A DNA stretch of 64,000 nt from Paraphysomonas bandaiensis (lineage: Eukaryota; Protista; Chrysophyceae), in the NCBI GenBank assembly GCA_965644295.1, contig CBFFRP010000234.1, positions 186,001 through 250,000 of the forward strand, given 5' to 3'. Position numbers and translations under genes: made by a program. Below, one piece after another: positions 11,305-22,760 of the stretch; position 1 is the first letter of the stretch; every line of letters begins with the position of its first letter. The notes below the pieces were generated by a model, which saw nothing but the letters and a program-made list of their open reading frames with translations, had not been told where the DNA came from and ran no database searches.

Positions 11305-12547
11305 AATAGCCCGGAGGAGAATACCTTGAAAACCCGAAGGCCTATCGCATTACAAAAAGTGCTAATAAGGCAATTATTATCGAGTCGTAAAGTTTGTTTT
11401 AGTCAACACATTTTTAGTTGAGAGTATCCGTTTGGAACTCTTGTGATACCAATGTGTGAAGACGAAACGTGCAGCAAAAGTAATTAGATGAGAATCCGGT
11501 AACTCCAGGCTTTTTATACCACAAGTCCCCGAAAACTCGTAAGTCAACATAAGCCTCATCACCTGGTCGAAACCTAGTGATCTTTGTAATATATTGCTTT
11601 GTCTCTGTAACAGCATAAATGAGATGATCCGAGAACAGAAAGCGGCATGTGGAATAGAGTCAAAAGCATCCTTATACTGAATGGAATGCTACGAACATCA
11701 CCATCCTGAAATCTCACAGTAAAACCTAGAGAGGTTCTGGTGCCTCTATCCCCTCAGTAGTATAAAATTTTGTCAATAACATGCTGTTCATGGTCTCTGC
11801 AAGCCATGTTATACGCTGTGTCTTGATCACCCGCAAAAAGTTTAACATCACGCACATCTACTTTGACAACTTGTCCGGTCACCAAATGCCTGCAGTCAAT
11901 GTCGTTCTTACATCTTAGGATGGACTTTAGCACCCTTGTCAAACAAAACAAGATCTCCGACTGATTTCTGTTCTGCTTGTCGGCTAAAAATTCAAAACTG
12001 TCACTCCTGTCACTGGCTCAAGGAAAACAAGCTTTGTGTGAAGGTTCACTATCACATTGATAGACTATCCGTCCCGTGGATGTTCCACTGCTTCTGGGAC
12101 GGCCGTAGTAGGACTGTCCACTTACTGATTCTCAATTCGCTCACCAAAAGTCGTCACCTTGGTCTCTAAGAGATGAAATTTCTTCAAATAATATTGGTGT
12201 CAGGTTCATCAAGTCCAAGGACTACTCCAATATCTCTAATGCGTTCTGCGCTAATATCAGATATTAAAGATAAATCCTCTTGAATCATTGCCCTAAGCAT
12301 ATAGCCATTGCTGAACGTAGCTGAGGTGGGCTGTGAACCACTTTCTTAGGCTCTCCATTCATAAAAACAATCAATCAATAGCAATGAAATGAGTCTACAA
12401 CTACAATACTATCTACCAGCAACTTCCAAAGTGAAGAAATTGCATCTTATTATCAATAATCAATAGTACAGCTCAATAAACAATAAGTACCTAATGAAAT
12501 ACGTAGAGTACAACTGTATTACTATTACTAGATAATCTGGCAATACA
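11305..12547 (-). mobile_element. Decayed Ty3/gypsy fragment on the opposite strand: leader and putative gag N-terminus joined to integrase C-terminal/chromodomain-like region
   Basis: Minus strand reads VGDLVLFDKGAKVHPKM, KNDIDCRHLVTG..VKLFAG and HVIDKILYY*GDRGTRTSLGFTVRFQDG, the GPY/F-region and chromodomain-like end of a gypsy pol. The gag N-terminus call (MNGEPKKVVHSPPQLRS, ~12360) is weaker. Confidence 0.7.
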
Positions 12548-12872
12548 TGTCTATCAGCGTGGATAGTAAACCCGGAATTCTCCAGTAAACATCTCCAGCC
12601 TTAAGAATCAATATATAAATAATAATTAATAGTATATATATATCATCAATCATTACCTTCATCATCATGTTTCATTTTTGATAATCCTGTCTTTCTTTGT
12701 CTTTTGAATAGATATATAAATATCAATGATAAGCATGAGTATATTATATCATATAGCTTATATGGAATATAGTAATAATAATAGTAATTACAATCCTAAG
12801 TATATACAATTGAGAGCTCATAGTATAAAATAACCAGATAGCTGGTTATTACTGAATGGAAACTTTGTAACA
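12548..12872 (-). repeat. Probable 5' LTR of the minus-strand gypsy fragment
   Basis: AT-rich 325 bp block that begins TGTTACA and ends TAGACA on the minus strand, upstream of the putative gag start. No second copy in the window and no canonical TGG PBS. Confidence 0.5.
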
Positions 12873-13252
12873 ACAGTGCTGTTACAAATGCATTATTGTG
12901 GAGCAGAAAATATTCTAATAGAATTTAAGTCATTAGTCACATCAGCGTATTGACGTTCACCAACCAATCGTCCAGTGCTATTAACCATAAGAGATGGTAA
13001 ATAAGATACATTATTACTACTCATTGCTATTATTATATACTACAACGAATTCAGGACACCATACAAGACGAAAGGATATACAAAAACCCATTCACATGAA
13101 ACTTTCACAATTATAGTGCCAATAACATGTCATAGGAACGGCAGTAAACACAGTAAGAGCGTATTCCTTGTAAACGAATAGCTCCACGCGCAGACCAAAT
13201 GAGTGAAGCACAAGCCTCTTTAATAAAAAGTGCACACGGTGGAATAATTTTA

Positions 13253-15698
13253 CTACTTTGATTGATATGCCGGAAACTGAAAAATCTATTAGATTGCAAT
13301 ATAAGTGACAGTAACGACGACGTACCAATATATTAGGAAACTTTTTAGAGACAATAACAAATTCATCGAAAGTAATAACGCCGTCTCCATCCTGAATAGA
13401 AACAGTAAATCAAAATCGAGCAAATCAGCTGTACCACATACCTTATCTGCTTGTGACATAATAGTATCGGCCTTTCGAGCCACTTCGACATCGTGCGATG
13501 CCATATGGTTAGCCTTCAGAATCTTAAGTAACTCAGCTTTAGTAATGACACCGTTTCCTTCTCCATCGAAGGCCATAAAGGCAAATTTGAGTTTGTCTTC
13601 TTTGCCAGCACCCGTATAATTAGATACTGCAATGAGGAATTCACGTGCATCGATCTGTCCTGTCTTGTCATAGTCGTATAACTGGAACACGCCTTCGCAT
13701 TGAGGAGACGGGTCAACTTGGAGAATCTCACAAAACTCTGTGTAATCAATGAGGCCACTCTTGTCTTTGTCAGCGGCTTGGAATCGCTTGTATGCTTTTT
13801 TGATTGATTCAGGCTTGAGGTTGTTATCCTTCGCAAATTCCTCAAGTGCCATTTTCTTAGCATTACGAGCTTGAACAACATTCTGGCCAGTTGGTACAAC
13901 TGCCTTGGAGCCACCAGATGTCGAAGGACGATCACCGGAACCTAATCCGGGTGGAGGTTTCTTGCCTCCTGTAACCATTTCATAGAACTCCTCCCATGAC
14001 ACCTGCCCGTCACCATCTTTGTCCACCATCCGTATCATCTCGTCGACCTCTTCGTCAGTAACCTGCTCTCCAATGTTAATCAAAATATGCCGAATTTCAG
14101 CCGCCCCTATAAAATTGTTTTTGTCCAGATCGAAGGCTTTAAAAGCCTCCAATATTTCGTCATCTGTGAAGCGGCCATTGGGATCACGTGGAGCCTCTCC
14201 CATTCCAGGAACAGACGCAGCAACTGCTTGTTGCTTGGCTTTATCCAACGCTTCGGTTGCACCATCATCAACTTCTGAAGAGACACCAGGACCCTTAGGG
14301 CGTTCAAAACGCGCTGCAATGGTCACACGTCCAACAGGTTTCCCCGCTTTATCTTGAAGGTCCAAATCACCTTCAAACCGGCCACTCGCTATCCACTCCA
14401 TGATTGAAACTTTACATCTACCCATGAACTTGTCATTTCCAACAGTTTCCTTATCTAGGACCTCCATGTCCATATCTTTTTCATTCGATATATCAAATCC
14501 AAACTCCTCATTCCATACGGGGTTTTTCCCACCTCCGGCGTTGTGCTTTGTACTAAATTCTTGAGTTCCTATTCTAACTTTGCAGTATGGGTCGGCTTTC
14601 CCGAACATTCCCTGACCAGCTTTAAGGTCAACACCCTTAAGGCACTTCACCATAAGCCGTCCAAATTTTGGGGCGGCGGGTGCACTGGGAGGAGCTATCT
14701 TTTGATCAGGCTGTGTCGAAGGGGGGGGTGGAGCACGAGGCGGAGGGCCAGGAGCTCCAGGACCACGTGGAGGCGGAACTCCCGGAGCTGGGCCTGGAAG
14801 AATCCATGCGATTAATACGTATTTTGCTTAGCATTCATAGACATGGATAGCTATCATAAAAAATTACAACATGACACTGATAATTACCTCTAGGTCCACC
14901 ACCGGGGGGGCCCCTTGGAGGTGGTCCTCTTGCGCCTGGTGGAGCACCTGGAGCCCCTCTTGGCATACCGGCTGGGGGGCCACCAGGTGGGGGTCCAGAT
15001 CGGGGCGGACCAGATGGAGGTCCTCGTGGAGGAGGTCCCCTTGGCCCTCCAGGGGGTCCTCCTGGGGGGCCGCGCGGGGGAGCTCCAGGAGGGCCACGAG
15101 GTGGGGGACCACGTGGTGGGCCTCCTGCTCCTCCAGCTCCTGGGGGTCCTGCCACAGATCCAATGAATAACAGTTTCAATATATCAAGTCACGATAAAGG
15201 CAAGGTGCATTAACAATGTCGACAAGTAAATACCTCTTGGTGGAGGTCCTCTTGGCGGTCCACCACCTGGTGCTCCAGGAGGTCCTCTAGGGGGTCCTCT
15301 TGGTGGTCCTCCAGGTGCCCCTGGTGGTCCTCTAGGTGGAGCTCCTCTTGGTGGTCCTCCAGGTGCCCCTGGTGGTCCTCTGGGCGGACCTCCACCACCA
15401 GGAGGCGGGCCACGAGGAGGCGGTCCTCTCGGTGGCCCACCTGCGCCTCCAGGCGGTGGTCCTCTCGGTGGCCCGCCTGCACCTCCTGGCGGTGGTCCCC
15501 TTGGTGGTGGTCCCCTTCCGGCACCTGGTCCTAAAATACACAATTATATTACCACATATCAACACAATACGATTTAGCAGATATCATTGCAATACAATAA
15601 CTTCGAGTGTCAATGGCCTTATATATTCACCAAAACGCAATTAGTTTACCTCCAGGTGGCGGTCCTCTTGGCGGAGGTCCTCTCGGAGGCGAACTCAT
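13253..15698 (-). CDS. Gly/Pro-rich (RGPP repeat) N-terminus + C2 domain + six EF-hands
   Basis: Spliced model: ATG 15698; exons 15698-15650, 15530-15234, 15148-14888, 14793-~13443, plus two short 3' exons ending FPAYQSK-TAG (13253). C2 motif [22 protein letters not shown]; EF loops [48 protein letters not shown]. Confidence 0.9.
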
Positions 15699-16057
15699 AC
15701 CAAATTATCAATCAGAGCGCATAAACAATCTCCCTACGAGGTTATATGTGGCTTGCTCTGAAATATTGATCAACGCACTTTACGTTTCAATCCAAATCTG
15801 CGATATAAAAACATCCCAAAAAGTCCGTTACACTGTCACCAGCAGCAGTAGGTAGCCTGCAGTCCTGCATACAGTATCTTCAAACGGTATTCAGTGTAGA
15901 AAATAAAAACTGAAAGAATAAAACTATTCAAGATATCTTTTATTGTTGGATAGGAAGTGAGCGTGGCAGTGGTGGAGTGATGAGTTGATATAATAAACAC
16001 CGTCTCCATCTCATTATTTATTCGCATCTCTGGAGCACTTAAGAACAGAACATTCAA

Positions 16058-16702
16058 ATGGCACCCGCAACGGTGAGAAATTGTGGTTTCTTGGGGTCTT
16101 CTCTGGCAGAGTTAACCTTCTCTGTCAATGCACTTGAACAGAGTAGCTTCTCTGTCAGTTGAGTACAGGCATTGCCTCTATACCAACGGTGCAAGACCAA
16201 AAGCGTCCACAGCTTTAATCTCGCTCGTTTAATGGAGAATATGCCTGAGATCCCATGTATGTATTAGCAAATTATCTAATGCGCTATTTGGTATGCAGAA
16301 AGGTAACAAGAAGGCCGCTAAGAAGCAGGTCGCTAAGTTCACCATTGACTGGTAAGTGACGTAATTGAATGATACTGTGCAGCATCTAATAGATATCGTA
16401 GCATGCAGCCAATGGAGGATAAGGTTCTTGACGCTGCTGCTTTCGAGAAGTTTCTCCACGACCGCATCAAGGTTAACGGCAAGGCTGGCAACCTCGGTAC
16501 CAAGGTGACCATCACCCGTGACAAGACCAAGCTCAACGTCGCCGCCGAGCTCCCTTTCTCTAAGAGATACCTCAAGTACCTTACCAAGAAGTACCTCCGC
16601 AAGCAGCAGCTTCGTGATTTCCTTCGCGTTGTGGCTGTTAACTCCAACACCTATGAGCTGAAGTACTTCAACATCACTGGTGATGCTGAGAACGAGGAGT
16701 AA
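16058..16702 (+). CDS. RPL22: 60S ribosomal protein L22 (eL22), 3 exons
   Basis: MAPAT|[18 protein letters not shown]|[55 protein letters not shown] introns 16073-16298 and ~16352-16400; strongly biased codons. Confidence 0.98.
16092..16255 (+). promoter_or_regulatory. Structured intronic RNA element in RPL22 intron 1 (putative autoregulatory L22-binding element)
   Basis: Closing stem tggggtctt/gagatccca, twin hairpins tggcagag-ttaacctt-ctctgtca and acagag-tagctt-ctctgt, and a long third arm closed by caggcat/atgcctg. Function is inferred. Confidence 0.55.
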
Positions 16703-18436
16703 GCGTTGTCTGACTTTTTGTTGCGATGCCGTGATCTGTACCTCTGTTAGCTACCAAGCGAATGTAATAATCTGTTATTGCACTATTTTCTTTCTGCTGT
16801 CTCAAGTGATATTGACACCTAAATTCACTCTACTATTGTCAGACAATGTAGACGTAGTAGGGAACATAACCACTACAATTGTTATTTATACATCGTAAGA
16901 ATGCCTGAAATTCGCTCGCTGATAAAACAGGATGGTGTGACGTAGTTGATGCACTCAGCACTCAGTAAGTAGTGAATGTCCTATTATTAGCAACAGGCGT
17001 TTGAGAGTTAGGACAAATTAACACTTATTAAAATCCCTATAAAATCATAACTACGCCCTCATTTTGCCTAGCATCATCAATAGATCATTAGTATCAGGGT
17101 TTCTTTAATACTGGTCCTCTCGTCAATACCTACTGCAACACATTTAAAGGGTCAATTGATATCATAATAGCTTGTAAGGGTCGTAAATAGTATTTTAAGC
17201 TATTTTAATAGTATTATTTAAGTAGCTACTTACTCATATTTGCTTCATTTTTAGTAATATCGTTACAGAGCACATCATTCTCGGCCTAGCTCCGATGCCT
17301 AGTAGTGCTCGATCCACTTTTCAATATCATCACCATAATCATTTAATAGTAATTGAAAAGTGCATTTCTTGGGGCTGGAATTACCGGTTAACTTTTTAAA
17401 CAGAATTATATTAAGTTCAGCTAAGCTGAGTAGCCTGCACATGTATTATGAATTCGAAACTTCGAAACTAGTCAATACCTCAGCTTTTTCAGTTTCTAGG
17501 CTAACTTTCAGCACAGCCGATATTCTTTCTAACCACTCTCCATGAAGTTGTCATTATTTTTTATAATACTAATCACATTACATTCCTGTACTCTCTCAGT
17601 GTTCGAGTCGTTGTTAGTAACATTATTGTTCGAAATATAGCACTACTTCTTGCTTTCATGTGGAAGAAAAGAAATCTAAAAGACCTACTCAAAATTGTGG
17701 TGTGAAACACTACTGTTGTAGAAGGCTATGCGGGATGACTGTAAATTATTCTTCACACATATGCTTTAATTGTAGTACCATTATATTGTGTTCTTAAAAT
17801 ATAATCACTAGTAGCATTGACCTTCATAAATCTTAGGCAGTTCACGATGATACATACAACATACCACAACTGTTATGACCTCAGCTAATATACAACCATA
17901 CATCTCTTGTTATCGCTCTACATGCATTATCGTGGTCAATATATCTCTTAGCGAGTAGTGCAGCGGATAATAATTAGGCATTTACTGCACCAGTCGCCCA
18001 CTGATATAGGGTACATATCATGCCATACCGTTCTCTACAATTAATCAATAATTAACTCAGATGTGTATCATGTTCATTATGACACATCATTCTGTCCAGT
18101 GCTTGAGTGCAGTGCAGTGCAGGGTACATATCTGGCTGCTTCCAGATGGATGTCGAGTCGATACACCAGTGTAGACCGAAACCAGTAGGCGAATCATACA
18201 TGTCTTTATTATAATGCGATAATATGATTGGATGCTTGAATTTCGACATATGTTTTTTGGGATCACATGCATGTTTATCGATCTATTGTCCACACTAAGA
18301 AGAAATGATGGTCATCAACAGCGGGACGAAAGAAGCTAAGATCGAATGTTCTGGGATATTTTAAAGTAGTTCCATTACTTGTATTTTGGTAAATATCTTG
18401 TGGCGAAAGCGTGAACTTTTGTTCGACATTTCTACG

Positions 18437-19320
18437 ATGCAGAATGCGTGGATATATCAGTATGTGTGTCCTCTTTTAGGAACGGTAAGTTTACGCCATA
18501 CGTTCAAACTCAAATAATTCATTTAGGTAATATGTAATGTAATGTGGCTATCCCCATTGAAGGCCATGCTCATTGTTCGCAAGACCCATAATCTTAACAA
18601 TATCAATCCTTTTCCATTTGGCGTTACAGGTACGACTTACAATGGGCTTTGCAATTTATAACAGTACTAACAGTTGTCAACTGCATTGCTTGGACAATAT
18701 ATGGTGTACTAAGGCAAGATTACTTTATTTTCTTTTCTAATTTTCCGGGACTGATATTAGGGCTGTACTACTCTATCACTGCACTCTCGGCACTAGCAAA
18801 GCCATACGCAACAGAAAAAGAACAAAATGCTCAATTGATGTTAGAACTTACCTTACTAGGAGGTGTAGCTGTGTGGTGCATGATTGGCCTCATAATTGGT
18901 GTTGTTATTCCGTCAACTGAGTACCGAAATGGTGTATTTGCAGTGGGAGTCATCGGGTGTATGTGTGGTATGGCCTACTATTCCTCCCCTCTTAGTACCA
19001 TGTTGGAGATTATACGCCTGAAGGACTCTTCGTCTTTATACTTACCCACTCTGATGACAAACATGGTGAATGCTTTGTTATGGTTGGTGTACGGACTCAT
19101 AGCTCTGAATGATCCTCTAGTATGGGGACCTAATGTGGTGGGAATTCTACTGACCTTATCGCAACTCTCTCTCTATGTAATGTTTTATCCTGTAAAAGTG
19201 AAGACTGTTGACGGTGGTATTGTTTTATCGACTATGCAAACTGAAGTTGTTGATGGCAGTGTTCATTCAGTGGTGTCTAATCCTATGGCCACGTATGCGC
19301 CCGTGGATTCTGTTGTATAG
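18437..19320 (+). CDS. SWEET/MtN3 sugar transporter
   Basis: MQNAWIYQYVCPLLGT|VICNVMWLSPL..NPFPF, WTIYG, SNFPG, YYSSPLSTM..KDSSSL, LWLVYG, WGPNVVG: two MtN3 repeats, two short introns. Confidence 0.95.
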
Positions 19321-20524
19321 ATGCAACTATGTACACACTGACCTTTCTTTGCATTGAGCTGTAAATAACATATATAATAGTATAACTTAATTGCATATGG
19401 GGTTGTGTATTGTATATGTCAAAGAGGCTTACTCTTTGGGCTCTGGTACCGTGCTATTTACCTCTAGTGACTTCAACTGTTAATATTTTATTGAAGTACT
19501 CACGTTTAAAATATGCTCCCTATACGTCTTTAAAATGATTAATTAAAATTACTATTATCGCTAACTAATTACTAATTACAATGCCAATAATTAAACACAT
19601 GGTTAATTATTGTTTTTGGATACCACTCACCTTAATTGGTACGCAAGCCTGATGTAGAGTTCTGGTGAACGCTGATGATTCACCGTTTTATACGTTGCAC
19701 ACATAGAGAACATAAACTACAAGTGAAACATGGGATCTAGTATTGGGTATTGGACCTAGTCAATTTGGTGTAGTTTCTTAGTTACACCAAAAAGCCGAAA
19801 AGAGTGTAAAATATTAATAGAATATGGATCTTATTCTAGTATATTCAGTATGTTACTTGAAGACAATGTACGACAATACAGTGAAATATAGTGATGTACA
19901 AATGCTATGATGATATTGAGAAACTGAAATAGTTTGATCTTTCAAGATAAGATCAGTAACGAGAGGTTCGCATATGTAGGATATTATGCGTAGATTAAAA
20001 TGAGTTAGTGTTGGTTGTCACAACTTCGTGTAAACGATATTAATAAATCATCTAGTTTTACGACAAATTCTCTCTGTGATCTAGCTTGAAATAAGCAATT
20101 TCCAATATATCTAGTCATTAAAAAATTCATATTTTCAGTTTACAATGATTAAGTTGACTAGGCGTTTATGCCATCAATTAATGTATGTAAAAACATATAG
20201 CGTTATTTATTACTTTGACTAGGTTTTCACACCAAAATTAGTGTGATTACGCATTCAACCAATTTGACCAAGTGAAAAATTCCTGAAATATTCGAAATGT
20301 GTGTGCAATGAATAGTACAACATGGGGAAACAGACGGCTAGAATGATTGCCACTAATGTAACACAATTGTTATATTAGTTTAACTGGGTGCAAAACAATA
20401 CTACATGGTAATAAGTATTTAATTTCAAGATATAAATTCTTTAGTGTCGATGCAGTGCCTTCTCCCCCCCTGTAGATTTAGTCACGTCAACTAAGTAACG
20501 TAAGGCTTCACCATCGAATTATCT

Positions 20525-21741
20525 TTACGAGATGCTTACTGTTATAATCTCTCCCGGTTTACAATCTACTGGAACGTCGACCATCATCTGTGATTGTTAA
20601 CATAGTATATTAGGTTTTCATGCCATTATACATAAACGCAATACCGAATTCCCATCTGGACCAGGAACCCTCACAGTTGATCCTGGCTTGGCATGAGGTG
20701 GAACTTGTACTCGAATAGTTTTACTGGCTACTGGAGTTCGGATATGCTTTCCATTTGACTTGGCAGGAGGCGGAGAATTAGAACGAGTACATACAGCAGT
20801 TGGAGCTTTGCTATCCAGGATAGGTTGGTTAGTCAAAGGGACCACACCAACAAGCGTGTTTACGACAATACCCTATTTGTAAGAAATATATCACATATGT
20901 AAGACAAAGAGATCTTAATAGTGGACACAAGTCATTCAACCTGAAAGTAGGCGGGATCATTAGAAAAAATGAGGCGCGGATTGCGACAATATCGGTTCCA
21001 GCCAGCCGTTTCAGCTTCCGTCCAATTGTGATCTCTGCGATAATCTGCACTAGCCGATGTCTGTGTTGCCTACATACCCCTTTAATCTAATGGTGAGAAT
21101 ATGGTTATACACTCACCGGAACGAGCTTGCGAACTGTGGCGCCATTAGGGGAGCGACCTTCTGTCACAACTCCAATAACGGCAACCTGCGAGTTGGCCTC
21201 CAGCGCCGTTTCCCTAACTCTATACCGCTGACTCCCATCGCTAGGTAGTTTCGCTCTGTCTAATAAACTGCGGATGGATGGTGTTAATTCCTTGATCTCA
21301 TGAGAGGTATTGGCCGATAAACCGTATTCCTCCTTTCCTTTCATGAGTATATCAATATCTGTGTTAGATCCAGAAATATAAACGCTATATATTTCATTTG
21401 TTAAATGGAGAGAACTATATATATACTACTCACTTGCTCCCTGTAGCATCCGGGTCCATCAGAAAAAAATCGGCGCTACGAACTTCTTGGTAACGGTGTG
21501 CCCACGCACCAGACTCTTTAGAATACTCCTCCACATCTATTCGATAAAGTGCACAATCACTTTGACTATAAGGGCATGATAATACTCCTGAAATCCCAGC
21601 GATTCGTCCAACTAGAGTGTATATGGCATCACTGGGAGCTGCTTGGGCAACCCGAATGCTTTTAAATTTAGGAAACACGCTCTTATATTCCTGCGACGTT
21701 GGTGCCCCGCTATCCTGATTCGTACTCGATCCACAACCCAT
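20525..21741 (-). CDS. Predicted N-myristoylated protein with GIDE-like domain and C-terminal VP-x-x-x-x-PG repeats
   Basis: MGCGSS start; LVGRI..LSCPYSQSDCALYRIDVEE..EVRSADFFLMD and RYRVRETALEANSQVAVIGVV resemble the GIDE (MUL1-type) domain; tail IRVQVPPHAKPGSTVRV / VDVPVDCKPGEIITV, stop TAA at 20525. Internal exon structure approximate. Confidence 0.65.
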
Positions 21742-22064
21742 TACGCGTAAATACTACTGTATAGATTTATGCTATGGGCATTGGACTAGAAGTGATCTTG
21801 CTGTTATTTATTAACCATCTCATCTAACCATCTGCTGTGTATAATTACCGTATATACATACAGCAAGTGGTGTAGATATGGACAACAGAGCGACCTAATA
21901 ACGTATTTTATGTATACCATGTATATAGAGAATACACTAGATAGGAGTTCCGTATCGTAATCGAATGTACAGTATAGTCATACAGTCATGTGTGTGCATA
22001 GATCTCTGCAATCAACATTGTAGCCCTAGTCAACAACGTATAACTCTTGCATTTCACTAAGACA

Positions 22065-22669
22065 ATGGTTCTAATTGATATCCCGGCTAGCTATGGCTAT
22101 GTGGTTGGAGTTGCAGTTGGGTTATGGATCCAGCAGATTCTGTTTACTATCCCTGTAGGCTTGCAACGTAGTAAGACTGGAATTAAACCACCTACACTCT
22201 ACCCCAATGACAAGCTCATCACCACGCTAAAGGTCCTTTATTGATAGTTATACCTTCTAGATTATAATATTTTCATCAGCTGTCGCCGGAAGCTGTGGAT
22301 ACGTATAACCGAACACAGGTTTGACATAACTCCGCTTAAACACCCTTGTATAAATTTACGATACACAGAGAGTCCACCAAAATAATATGGAGTTCTTGGT
22401 TATTTATTTTCCCATGCTACTTCTTGCTGGAATAAAAAATGCAGAACATGCTGCAATTGCAGGCGCGGTTGTTATTGCCGGTAGATTTGTAACTGCACTC
22501 GGATATTACTCTTCGGCTGAGAAACGAATCCTGGGGGGATGGTATGCACCGAATTTCTGCATACCAATCGATGATTGATTATTTTTTTAGGTTTCACATT
22601 CCTGAATTGTATACAGTGTACCTCGCTGGAAAACTTGCGTTTGACCTTATCTCTGCCGCGAACGCCTGA
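22065..22669 (+). CDS. MAPEG family protein (microsomal glutathione S-transferase 3-like)
   Basis: MVLIDIPASYGYVV, VGLQRSKTGIKPPTLY, YNRTQ|RVHQNNMEF, GRFVTALGY; 4 exons, stop TGA at 22667-22669. Confidence 0.92.
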
Positions 22670-22760
22670 GAACCCGTTGACCTGTGTTCTGCATTTAATT
22701 CTGGTGTAACAATTTGACAAATTTCAAGAGAGCGTTATTGTAATTATAATATTATTACTG

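Noticed and set aside
12866-12886. TGTAACA..TGTTACA inverted repeat as a DNA-transposon TIR
   Set aside because: Only 7 bp, and better explained as the LTR terminus plus a chance match in the flank.
14543-15644. Many overlapping alternative-frame and antisense ORFs
   Set aside because: By-products of the GC-rich Gly/Pro repeat exons of the C2/EF-hand gene.
16090-16298. TPP riboswitch or snoRNA reading of the RPL22 intron (CUGAGA present)
   Set aside because: The P4/P5 TPP consensus is missing, there is no C box (RUGAUGA), and no correctly placed H and ACA boxes. Not formally excluded without an Rfam scan.
18130-18190. Hammerhead-like GAC-CGAAAC motif
   Set aside because: The upstream core reads ATGTCGA rather than CTGANGA, and there is no properly placed UH cleavage site or stem III.
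19660-19735. CTGATGA ... GAAAC (hammerhead or C/D snoRNA candidate)
   Set aside because: No stem II closes between the two core strands, and there is no downstream D box with a terminal stem.
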